64,000 nt of DNA, taken from the NCBI GenBank assembly GCA_046761005.1, contig JBHIFI010000002.1, positions 1,914 through 65,913 of the forward strand, given 5' to 3'. A program made the translations under genes and the position numbers. The notes beneath the pieces are model-generated. The model was not told the DNA's origin, made no database searches, and saw only the letters and a list, made by a program, of their open reading frames with translations. Every line of letters begins with the position of its first letter. The first letter of the stretch is position 1. Shown piece by piece: positions 36,289-46,800 of this stretch. This DNA comes from Thermoplasmata archaeon (lineage in GTDB: Archaea > Thermoplasmatota > Thermoplasmata > RBG-16-68-12 > JAGMCJ01).

Positions 36289-37320
36289 ATGATTGGAGGA
36301 CGTACTAAGAACGTGGATCTTCGAACATTGGCGAGGTATCCCTTCCTTAGGTATGCCTCAGAGCTCATTAGGGAAGAAGGACCGTCTCTGGAGGACCTCC
36401 TTCTGCATCCCGCATATGAGGAGTCCAGACTTCAGGGAGCGGAAAGAGTGAGGCAGGCCTTGGAAGAAGGCCTAATTTTTGAAGGGAAAATCCTTACAGA
36501 AGCTGACTATTGGCGGGAGCTTCTTTCCTATCCAATCGCCAGAATGATTGTTTCTGGTGTTGGTGATGCCTATCTCATACGTAGGTATTCGTTTGCAGAG
36601 GCTGAGAGAGCAACGAGAGAATTGCCCTCTATGGAGAATGATTTCATTTCACAAGTGGCAAATGATTTGAGAATGGACTTCGAGATGGATGGGCCGGTCT
36701 TCCTTCATTTTTCTGACTACCTAAGGTATTCCGCGCAGATGAAGAGCAAGGACTGGAAGCTCGTCAATCAACGACTCAGAAATGGATATGTTCAACTCAG
36801 CCGCGCAAGGTTTCTAAGAATCATCAAAGAAGCCATACAAAGAAAAACGGAATCTGAACTTCCCCTCGCCGTGAATGACCAGATACTGAGTGCACTTGGA
36901 GACCAGATAGAGGAAATAAGGGACCTTACAGAGAAGAAGAAAGAGAAGTACAAGATGGAGGATATGGGAAGGATTAGGATCACGCGGGTACCCCCCTGCA
37001 TGCGGGACCTTATCCGTGCTGTTCAGCTGGGAAAGCACATCCCACATACCGGAAGATTTGCTCTGACCGCTTTTCTTCACAACATTGGCCTCTCATCTGA
37101 CGATATCTTCAAGCTCTACTCGCTTTCTCCTGATTTTCAGGAGGGCAAGACAAAATATCAAATAGGCCACATAAGTGGTGAAATCTCTGGAACTGAGTAT
37201 ACGCCACCGGAATGCAGCACAATGCAGTCCTACGGACTCTGTCCTGGCCCTGATGAGCTCTGCAAGAAGGTAAAGCATCCCCTAAGCTATTATCGCATTA
37301 AGGGTAAGAAGAGGAGCTAG
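36289..37320 (+). CDS. priL: DNA primase large subunit PriL
   Basis: The C-terminal Fe-S domain has the PPCM motif (RVPPCMRDLIRAVQLGKHIPH) and conserved Cys residues (C..C...C). The N-terminal helical domain is also present. Confidence 0.8.
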   Translation: MIGGRTKNVDLRTLARYPFLRYASELIREEGPSLEDLLLHPAYEESRLQGAERVRQALEEGLIFEGKILTEADYWRELLSYPIARMIVSGVGDAYLIRRYSFAEAERATRELPSMENDFISQVANDLRMDFEMDGPVFLHFSDYLRYSAQMKSKDWKLVNQRLRNGYVQLSRARFLRIIKEAIQRKTESELPLAVNDQILSALGDQIEEIRDLTEKKKEKYKMEDMGRIRITRVPPCMRDLIRAVQLGKHIPHTGRFALTAFLHNIGLSSDDIFKLYSLSPDFQEGKTKYQIGHISGEISGTEYTPPECSTMQSYGLCPGPDELCKKVKHPLSYYRIKGKKRS

Positions 37321-37955
37321 ATTCTCTTCCAAGCTAGAACGGCTCTCTGCATAGCTGTTGCATGGCCGAGAATGGCGAAGATAATCATCGTGTATTCCAG
37401 AATGGTGAAGCCGAAATAGCCCTCAATCCCTATTCTGAAGGTGCCTATCGACAGAAAAACGATCTGAATAACGACAGCGACTACGAGTATGACAAGTCTG
37501 TCAGCCCTGCCCATAATTCCCGCATATATCCTTCCAGCGCCCGTTGCCTCTGCTTGAGTGCCCATATAGCTAGTCATCAGCACGCCAAGAAGGGCGAGAA
37601 ATCCTATGAATACATCACAGTACGGGGAGAGCGCTATCCCGCCAATCATAAAGATGTCGGCATATCTGTCCAAGAAATGATCGAGGAAGTCACCCCGCTT
37701 CGTCTCTTTCTTCCAGAGCTTCGCAACGCGTCCATCCAGTGCATCGAAAAGCGCATTGGAACAGAGGAAGACGAGGGCCACAAACATATAGGCAGGACGC
37801 AAGTTCTCTGGTTCATGCATGAAGAAGAACAACCCAGCGAGAACAGCGCAAAGGAATGCATAGAGGGTAAGGGTGTTCGGACTAATGTTCCTCATCTTTC
37901 TGGCCAACGGGAGGAGGACGAAATCTGCTCTGTCTCTCTTCGCGTCTAGTACCAC
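37317..37955 (-). CDS. CDP-alcohol phosphatidyltransferase family enzyme (archaetidyl-inositol-phosphate / -serine synthase-like)
   Basis: Signature D-G-x2-A-R-x8-G-x3-D-x3-D (DALDGRVAKLWKKETKRGDFLDHFLDRYAD). Six TM helices. Confidence 0.8.
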   Translation of the reverse strand: MVLDAKRDRADFVLLPLARKMRNISPNTLTLYAFLCAVLAGLFFFMHEPENLRPAYMFVALVFLCSNALFDALDGRVAKLWKKETKRGDFLDHFLDRYADIFMIGGIALSPYCDVFIGFLALLGVLMTSYMGTQAEATGAGRIYAGIMGRADRLVILVVAVVIQIVFLSIGTFRIGIEGYFGFTILEYTMIIFAILGHATAMQRAVLAWKRI

Positions 37956-38470
37956 CCCAGGATCACCTCACTCCAGTCAACACTTCCCGTCTGAAAATCT
38001 GAGACTTTTCCGTCGACTATGCTCAGGATGCTCCTTGCGACAGCCTCTGGTCCTTCATCTGTTGTATCGATTTCAAAGGTCTTGCGACCCATTTCAAGGG
38101 ACTCGACCAGGATATAGTCTATAGCCTCTGCTTCCACATTTTCTGAAATCTTTCGATCACTCCACCCTAAAGAAGCGAGTCGCTCCCTCAGCCTGTTAGG
38201 ATTGCATCTCAGAACAATCGAGACATCAACATCCAAAAGATGGGATATGTGCCCATCAAGAAACATCAAATCGCTCCCAAGAGACTTGACGAGGGTATTC
38301 ATTTGATAGGTGTCAATTATTGTTGCGTCTCTAACTTCATCCCTCCCTTGGATAAGACCTCGTTCGAGAGCAATCCTGTTGAGGTTGAGAACCCTGTATC
38401 CTCTCTTCTCTAGGATTTTGCATGCCGAACTCTTGCCAACTCCAGGGGTGCCTGTGATTGCTACTAGCAC
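37946..38470 (-). CDS. Fap7/adenylate-kinase-6-like NTPase (archaeal putative adenylate kinase)
   Basis: From GTG 38470 the protein reads MLVAITGTPGVGKSSACKILEKRGY... (P-loop; about 175 aa, the typical size). The ORF-track upstream extension (MVGFLHRKRHDRHE..., Arg-rich) is not coding-like. The AT-rich 38471-38529 region carries an AAATATATT TATA. Confidence 0.7.
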   Translation of the reverse strand: MLVAITGTPGVGKSSACKILEKRGYRVLNLNRIALERGLIQGRDEVRDATIIDTYQMNTLVKSLGSDLMFLDGHISHLLDVDVSIVLRCNPNRLRERLASLGWSDRKISENVEAEAIDYILVESLEMGRKTFEIDTTDEGPEAVARSILSIVDGKVSDFQTGSVDWSEVILGWY

Positions 38471-38529
38471 ATGGAAAGGATTGGTTTTTGGAATATATTT
38501 GTTGTGTAAAAAAGAAAAAAGATGGGAGA

Positions 38530-40806
38530 CTACTTCTCCCTTCTTCTGAAAGATGCTATCACTAGAACTGCCAGTAGGGTGACCGCAACTACTGCGAATG
38601 TGCCGATATCGGGAATAGGTTCGGTCGTGACTACTTCTTTTGGCACAACACCGCCCCAGCCCCTCACGGCGATGTTTGCGAATCCGCTTCCTTCCTGGTA
38701 TCCCTCCTTTTCTGCTGTCACCGTAACCCTGAAGTTCGTGTCGGTCGTGACGTTTCCGGTGAAGGAAGCCGACCATTCTCCATCAGATACCTCTGTGAGC
38801 GTTCCAAGTGTTGTGCCCGCCAAATCCACAGACATGTGAACTGTGCAATTGGCAACGGGAAGTAGGTCCTTATCCGTTATGACTACCGTGACTGTCGTTG
38901 TCTCACCAGAGTTGATTATTGGTGCCGTTCCAGTGACATCGACATCAAGGGGATTGACAGCTGGATGCACTGTTAGCTTGATACTGTCTGAGGCTCCTTC
39001 GTATGTCTGCAGGAATACTGTTGCCTCAATCTCAACATCTGTTGAATCCGAGACGTCTGGAGCAACGTATTTGGTTTCGAAAACGCCCAGTGAATCCGTC
39101 GTCCCACTCGGAGATTCGAAGATCCCGATATCAGCAGAGAGTTCGACATTCACCCCTTCCACACTTGATTCACTTTCGTCAAGCACAAGCACAGTCACAG
39201 TGACGTTGCCACCAGATTCCACGGAAGACTCGGATGTAGACAGCGTTTTTAGCACGAGCGGGCCCACTTGTATCTTGTGGAGGTTTGTGAAAGACCAGAA
39301 GTTGTTTATTCCTCCAGCCATGTCTACCCAGCCCCCATAGACCGTTCTGTTGTAGGCCTCGATTGCATCGTACGAAAGGACGGGAGCAAACAGAACTTTC
39401 TCTGAGATGAGCCCGAGGGCTTGATGAACGTATGTCTGCCTGGTTGCCATGTCTATTGCATCATCCGCCGCATCGAGTGCCGCCGTTATCTCAGGATCGC
39501 TGTAATCAGCAAGCATAGGAATTTCCCTAATGGTAGCGGGCTCGAGGGGAAGCCTTTCCATTGCTAGGTAGATGTCAAAGCCAGAGGGATCCGTGGCCGT
39601 TGTGTTTAGGGAGACGCTAAGCCCGAGCCTATTGAGGAGTCCACTGTAAGCGATTGCTATGTTGGATTTCGTTATGTCCTCTGCAATTGAGGGTCCTAAC
39701 ATTGTCATCTGAAGTGCACTGCCATCTGGTTTTTCTCTCCATCCATCTCCGTCCCTGTCACTATAGTTCAGCCTTTCAAGTTCGAGAAGGCTGGGCACAT
39801 AGTTGGTGTCAGTTTCTCCAGCAGGATTGAGGAATGACCCTGCATTATACTTCACTATGGATCGATTGTACCAGGGCTCATTTTGGGAACTCATCGGTGA
39901 GTGGACTATGATTGTATTTGGCTCCAAAGAGAGGAACAGCTCCTTGTTTATGGCCATGGCCAGAGCCTTCCTAAGTTCTGGGGTTGCCAACTCGTCGATT
40001 GGATTGAAACCAATGAAGAGGTATTCAAGTCCGTAAGTGTAGGAAATCGCGAGCTTTCCTACTTCTGCTTCAGTCATTATACTCTTGTTCTCATATCTGG
40101 CATCGGTCGTATCAGTAGGAGCGAGGGTCCAGCCTATGAAATCAACGGTCCCATTGATTAGCGCATTTGCCGCCGCATCGATGTCTTGATAGACCTTGAA
40201 TTCTATGGTGTCAAGATAGGGTCTGCCATGGAAGTACTCGCTGTAGGCACCAATGGTGACGCTTTCCGCCGTGGTGCCGATGAACTCGAAAGGACCGCAC
40301 CCCTCAGTGGGAGCGGCATCGTCGGACTTAACAAGGGGCTTCTGCAGGCCCTCCGTCATGAACTTCCCTCCGCCACCACCAGAGAAGTCAAAGCGAACCT
40401 CTGTCGGGGAGAGAATGCTCACGTCATAGCCGCCATAGTAAGTTCCGAAGGTGTATTCCACATCCGTCGCAGTAACTGGAGTGTCGTCATGCCAGAGGAC
40501 ATCGGTTCTCAAGACAACGGTCACCGTCTGATTCTCCTGATCCACTGACCAGCTTTCGGCAACCCAAGGCTTTACCTGAAGAGTGACCGGGTCGAGACGT
40601 CCAAGAGAGTCGTACAGAAGGTCAATCATGTGCAAACTAGCTTCATCTGATGCTGTCTTGGGATTCAAATCCAGTGCAGTATCCTTCACAGCAACCCGGA
40701 AGTCTCCTCCGTACAGTCCGGAGATCTCTTCTGGAGTGGCGGCAAAGGCAGAGACAGCGAAACTCAGGACGAAGAGCATCGTCAGTCCGAATGCTAGTGT
40801 TCTCAT
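38530..40806 (-). CDS. Extracellular solute-binding protein, family 5 (oligopeptide/dipeptide OppA/DppA-like), with two C-terminal Ig-like domains and a C-terminal TM anchor
   Basis: Signal peptide MRTLAFGLTMLFVLSFAVSAFA. SBP_bac_5 core (DFRVAVKDTALDLNP..., WHDDTPVTATDVEYTF). About 180 extra C-terminal residues of beta-rich repeats end in a TM plus RRREK. ATG overlaps the subtilase stop (ATGA). Confidence 0.8.
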   Translation of the reverse strand: MRTLAFGLTMLFVLSFAVSAFAATPEEISGLYGGDFRVAVKDTALDLNPKTASDEASLHMIDLLYDSLGRLDPVTLQVKPWVAESWSVDQENQTVTVVLRTDVLWHDDTPVTATDVEYTFGTYYGGYDVSILSPTEVRFDFSGGGGGKFMTEGLQKPLVKSDDAAPTEGCGPFEFIGTTAESVTIGAYSEYFHGRPYLDTIEFKVYQDIDAAANALINGTVDFIGWTLAPTDTTDARYENKSIMTEAEVGKLAISYTYGLEYLFIGFNPIDELATPELRKALAMAINKELFLSLEPNTIIVHSPMSSQNEPWYNRSIVKYNAGSFLNPAGETDTNYVPSLLELERLNYSDRDGDGWREKPDGSALQMTMLGPSIAEDITKSNIAIAYSGLLNRLGLSVSLNTTATDPSGFDIYLAMERLPLEPATIREIPMLADYSDPEITAALDAADDAIDMATRQTYVHQALGLISEKVLFAPVLSYDAIEAYNRTVYGGWVDMAGGINNFWSFTNLHKIQVGPLVLKTLSTSESSVESGGNVTVTVLVLDESESSVEGVNVELSADIGIFESPSGTTDSLGVFETKYVAPDVSDSTDVEIEATVFLQTYEGASDSIKLTVHPAVNPLDVDVTGTAPIINSGETTTVTVVITDKDLLPVANCTVHMSVDLAGTTLGTLTEVSDGEWSASFTGNVTTDTNFRVTVTAEKEGYQEGSGFANIAVRGWGGVVPKEVVTTEPIPDIGTFAVVAVTLLAVLVIASFRRREK

Positions 40807-43800
40807 GGCTCACCCTCCTCTGGTGGCGGGATTTCCTCAGTTGGCTCTTCAGGAGGGACCTCTTCGGCAGGAGGCTCTTCCGGAATCTCAATCTCCTCCA
40901 GTGCTTCCTCCTCTTCCGGAACCTCCTCAACGACCTCTTCTTCAACGGGTGGGATCTCTTCCTCCGGAACTTCCTCCTCAGGCACTGCAGGCTTCTTTCC
41001 CAACGTGAGGCCAATGACAAAGCCAATTACGAGGAGAACGATAGCAAGAGCAGTGAGTATCAATGTTGTCCATGTTTGCTTCGTAACCTTCATCTCCGGA
41101 GACCATGTAATGGATATAGCTTCCGAAGCAACATTTCCCGCCTCGTCCTTTGCTATGACTGTGATTTCGTTGGCGCCGTAGCTGAGGGTAACCTCTTTGC
41201 TGAAGGCTCCGTTCGACGGAACTACTGGAAGACCATTTACCGTCACGATTTCCACGTCGCCTGACACTGTTCCTGTAATGTTAATTCTTGAAACCAAAGC
41301 TTCCCCGGTTATCGGGTCAACGTTGTCCTCAGGAATAGAGACCGTCAGGGTAGGAATGACGGTGTCTCTAATCATGACTGTGTCATTACTGTAGAATGTA
41401 TGGCCTGCGGCGTCAACCGCCTCTATTTCAATAGTGTTCGTGCCTTCCTCCAGCGCTACGGTCGTTTCAAAGCTTCCGTCCTCGTTCACTGGAACAATCC
41501 TCCCAGCGATGGTCAACTCCACAGTCTCGTTGAACTTCCCAGAGATTATGATGGATTCTGCGTTTGTTGGCCGGGCCTGCGACTCAGATGTAATCAGGTA
41601 TTCCAGTACGGGCGGATTCGTGTCAACTGTTATGAGTCTTGTCACAACAGCGGTGTTGCCAGCTTGATCTTGGGCTTCAACGATAAGTGGATTGAGCCCC
41701 TCTGTCAATTGGTCAAACAGATAGGAGAAGGAACCGTCTGGGCTTACGGGCACCTCCTCAGTGCGAATTAGGACAGTCGCTTCAGGCTCGGTGGTTCCAG
41801 TTATCATAGTATAGTTTGTCGGAACGGTGATGTCCGTTGATGGGTAATCAATTTCAAGCAATGGCGCGGTCGTATCTACGTAGAAATGCCATGTCATTTC
41901 TTCTATATTGCCTGCGTAATCTCCAACCTGCGTCTTCACCGTATGCATTCCATCGGCAAGAGGTGCATTTGGAGCATAGCTGACTGTTCCTATTGCATAA
42001 CCACCGAGATCTGAATCGAAGGTTACTGTGACCAACGACATAGCAGTTATGTCAACACCATCCAACCACAAGCCTATCGTTGTTGAATCCATCTCTCCTT
42101 GGCTGTCAGAAAAGCCTGCGAGTATTGGAGGCATGTTATCCGACGTTACTGAACCATCTGGAGGAGTCATTTGGATAACCTCTGGAGGAGTGGTGTCGTA
42201 GTTCAGTTCGACGGGAACGAGAAGCGTCAACGAGAATGGCGTGTTCCCTGGTGATGCAAAGAAGGCTGCTTTAATCACTCCCTCAGGGGTATCCACTGGA
42301 AGGTCCCATTCAAGATTGAGGATTTCGCTGGAGTACCTCTGAATGATATCCGCAGTGTATGTAACTTGGAAGGGCGATGGTCCCACCTTAAGTTCTGTGA
42401 TTATCATGTCCGCAAGTGAGCCGACCCTCCAGATGTCGAAGCCAGCCATCTTGATAATGTATCTACCTGGCGTTGGAAGGACCAGGACTACAGTCTCATC
42501 TGCGTCTGCGTCGGCATCGTACTTGACAAATTCGTCTGCTTGAGCCTCATCATCGCCGTTCTCGTCGAGGAATATTCCGAGGTCCATATCTGGGCAGCAG
42601 TCGACATGTCCCATCAGATGGAACTCTATCGTTATGACTGAAGCATCGACGTCCCAAAGCATGGTGTTCTTTGAACTAGCAAGGTATTCCTGGAAAGTTA
42701 TTTCGCCGGACGTATAGGGCTCCGGGTCATCAAATTCAACTGGAATGTCGAGGAACTCGTGGGTTTCTGAACCAGCAACAGTGACGCCTATCGGCTTGCC
42801 AAAGAACTCGTGGAAAGGATCTGGATTGGGTAACCACGGTAGAGTCGTCGAAAAAATCATCTCGGTTGAGCCCTGCAACTGACTCGTAGCAACATCAATC
42901 GGATAGGGTGTCATGCTAAGAAGACCTGTTTCTCCGGAGATGACATCAGCGGCTTCCTCCCCTTCGACTGTGACTGTTTGCACGATTAGGACGTTAAGAC
43001 CTGCACTAACACTGAGACCCTTGAAGAGACCATTTCCGACTCCCGCCCAGTCTGGAGTCTTCTTGAAGTATCCTGGAGCTCCAACATCCGTTTCGACGGC
43101 CACGAACGGCCCATATCTGCTCTCATTCAGCTTAGAGAAGACAAGGTCGCCAAAAGCAGAAGAACCTTCCTCAGTCGCCTGAGCGAGATGCCGCATATCG
43201 CCATAGGTGTTGTTCCCATCCATACCTATGTCAATTGTGAACTTCATCCCCTCTCTGAATACGAATGTATCAGGAACGTCGAAGAAGTAGTACCTCAAGT
43301 CATACGCGCCTCCGTAACCTCTAAGAGCATTGTTATCGTACAGTGTATCGGAAATAGCGGTTCCTCCGAACTGGAAGTTTGTGGAACCCTCGTGAGCCAC
43401 ATTTATTACCACTGGAATGGTTGTGACATTGTTCTCGTTTGTTAGGCGGATTGCACCCTCATAGAGTCCTATGTCCGTACCTGGCAGCACAGTTGCAGTT
43501 GCTACGAAATCAAATGAGCCGCCTGCGGTTATGTCGATGGTCGGTCCAAGAGGTGTGACACCATCATCCTCATAAAGAGTAACCATCGGCCAGTTCTGGT
43601 GCTCGAAGAACTCAATTGTCACAGTGACGGGTCCGGGTACAGGGGCACCGGCGAGATGCCTCCACCAGATGATTAGTCCATCATGAGTTCTTGCTGCGGG
43701 ATCGTAGACTCTGACCTCGAAGGAGTTCTCACCCAAGTAGACTCCCATCCTGTTTCTTTCAAACCAAGCTCCTGTCACTCCGAAGGGCAGATCTGGATCG

Positions 43801-46800
43801 ACTAGCATCGCTCCTGTGGAGGTCCACCACAGGTCTATCTCACCTCCATAGCTCACCGCCCAGAACCAGTCATAACCAGGTGCGAAACCTACGTCTGTAA
43901 TTCCATAATCATATGTAGGAGTGACAGACGTTATGACTGAATCGGCTAGAATGTCCCAGATTGCCACATCCGTTGCATTGGCAACCGCCAGATACATGTT
44001 GGCCACATCAAAGTCTACACACATTGGATATTCCTGTAACATCGTATATGTTGGCGGGAGATAATCGTACTCAACCGTAACGTTTGCCCCCAACGCGAGT
44101 GTGCCAATGTAGAGCAATATGCCATTAGCGGTATACATGATATAGTCACCCATGCCACTCGCGATGTCAAGCTCGTAGACTGGCGAACCGTCCACCCAAA
44201 CCTGGTATGAGAATGGAACGACGCTCGTGTTCCCTAGGAAGAACACTGGGAAACCTGTGTAGTTGAAGGTGTCATTCCCCGTTGAAGGCGCCAGGGTCAT
44301 ATCCCAGACATTCACCGTTCCAGTGCCAGCCATGCTCCAGTCAGATCCCAATCCTACCGAAGCGAGCCACATGCTGTCAGAGCTGAACCTAAGGTCCATG
44401 ACTCCGTCAGCGTCAGCAGACCAATCGCCATCCTCATGGCCACTAAATCCTCCAATGTATGCACTTGTGGTCGGATCCCAGAGCATTATGTAGTTATCCC
44501 AGATACCGAAGGCGCCGCCGGAACCCGTTGCGATGACGGACCCATCTGGGCTCCATGCAATGGTGTTGACGACTTCAAGATGGCCGCACATCGTTGAAAG
44601 CACATTCCCTGCGAGGTCCATGACAAAGACGTCTCCCAAGAATCCGGGGAGGCAAAAGTCTCGCGGGAGTCCATTTAACCATCTGATGGCTGAGTTGAGA
44701 CTCGAGACATACGCTATCTGACTCTCATTCGCCGGATTGAACTCCACTCCATTGATCGAGTAGCCGAAGAGGAGGTCATCCGAGACTACGATTCGTGAGC
44801 GGGTAGGTACATCCCAGACTGCAACTGCGCCAGAATCGATGGGCCACCCACCCGAAGAGGCCGCTAGCATGCTGCAGTTGGATGAGAAGTCTATGTCATT
44901 GATCATCGTGCCTTCCAACCCTCTTAGCCTGTCAATCGGATAACCGGTTGCATTGTCCCATAGAATGATGATGCCATCCTCCGCACCGGTTGCGAAAATC
45001 GTGCCATCGGAGCAGAAATCCATGGCGGTAACGTTCGCGGAATGCCCAAAGAACCGTTCATTCATGTTGACATCGGTCCAGTCATGCGGTTCTACGTATA
45101 TCATCTGGTTGGTCAGCAGGTCGATATCGAAATGGGCGGTAATTCTGAGAAGGTCCGCATTGTTCCATCTTGTAGCATCCATGTTGGGTCCAAACTTCCT
45201 TCCTAAGAAGTCGTAGAATCCTGTCTCGTTGATGATAGTCCAGTTGTTACCCACGGGCTCTGGCGGTGCTTGAATGGAGGGCTCGAATGCATATTCTATG
45301 GTGCCCATCCTCTTCAGGTAGTCAGCAGAAACTCCAACGTTGGTCAAGTCTGCCGGTCCGCGATTCTCCACCGTAATCATTTCGGAATCAGACTCACCAA
45401 CCGTAAGGAAGTGGACGAAGGCCACATAGTCCTCTCCCCTGTAGTCGCCTGGATACCAGACCTCAGGATCGGCGAGAATACCTCCTCTGTTGCCAGCTAG
45501 ATCAGTGGCGCGCAGGGCATTACCGTACCCATGACCCTGAGTGAAGACATCATAGTTCATATCATCAGCACTTGACAGCAGAATCTTCTGAGCTTCAAAA
45601 GCATCCATGTAATATCCGTGCTCCTGCTCATATGCATCCTGCATGAGTGCGATTACGGCTGTTGCGTGCGGTGCAGCCATACTTGTGCCTGCATCTATGT
45701 CCCATGCAGCAGTCCCATCACGGAATGGGTTCAACGGATAAGCATCATAGACCCAACCACCAGCAAAGCAGATATCAGGACCTAGTTGACCAGTTGCGGA
45801 GGGTCCCCAAGAGGAGAGATAGGCTATCCCGCCGTAGTGGGGATTCGGTCCTCCATCGTATTCAAACTCTGGTTGCACCCTGTAGAAGAGGTCCCACGCC
45901 GCGCAAGCGCTGATGGTTCCTGGTGTGACCGAGTTTCCGGAGGTCCCATAGCCGGTACCCTCATTTCCAGCGGCTTTCACATGGATTGTCTTGCCCTCTG
46001 CGTACTGGGTTGTGACCCAATCTCCATATCTCTCGCCAAGAGTCCATCCTGTTTCAATCGGATTGGAACCGAAACTCCAACTCAATACGAGGCCTTCATC
46101 GCCGGTCCCTGGCACTCCATCATAACCCTCTACACCGAAGAGGAATCCGTGATACTGGGTGAATGCGCCATGCGAAGTCCCCCCGGGTATCGAAATAACC
46201 TTCGCATCAGGTGCCAATCCCATCAGCTTCGGTATACCACCGATAGGAGTCACGCCCTGACCCACGATACTCGTGGCTACAGCTGTTCCATGCGAGCCGT
46301 ATATCGCACCGCTGAAGGCAACCATATCACCGGCGCCCCAGTAGTAGTTGTCCACTCCCAGGCGTCCTGCGACGATATCCGAATAGGGTATTGGTACAAC
46401 ACCGTAGGAATAATTCACAGTGATGACATCGAAGCTTTCAAGTGGATATGTGAATGTGAAGTTCCCCGTCACCCTGTTCAGAATCCATGGGTGGTACTCG
46501 TAGGTCGCTCTGGCAATACCGCCAGGCGGCAGTCCATTGGACAAAGTAATGAGACCTTCTGTGTAGTCAACTGTGTAATCATCTCCCGTCACCAATTTGC
46601 CCTCAGCATCGTTCCAATCATTTCCTTCAATAAGAACTCCATCGTAACTGTAGTTAGCCCAGAAGGTATCTCCTGGCATATTGACTATGAGGGGGTCCGG
46701 ACTACTCAGAAGTTCAGCTCCAAGCACGACCTCGCCCGTTCCTGCATCAGCGGCGTAATTGCCGGGATCGATTTCTGTAATCACAGGTCCAAACCAGTCC

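Noticed and set aside
38471-38776. N-terminal extension of ORF 37946-38776 (MVGFLHRKRHDRHELQGYGDSRKGG...)
   Set aside because: The Arg/His-rich sequence is not protein-like, and it is antisense to the SBP gene 3' end. Fap7-like proteins start at the P-loop (MLVAITGTPGVGK), which corresponds to GTG 38470.
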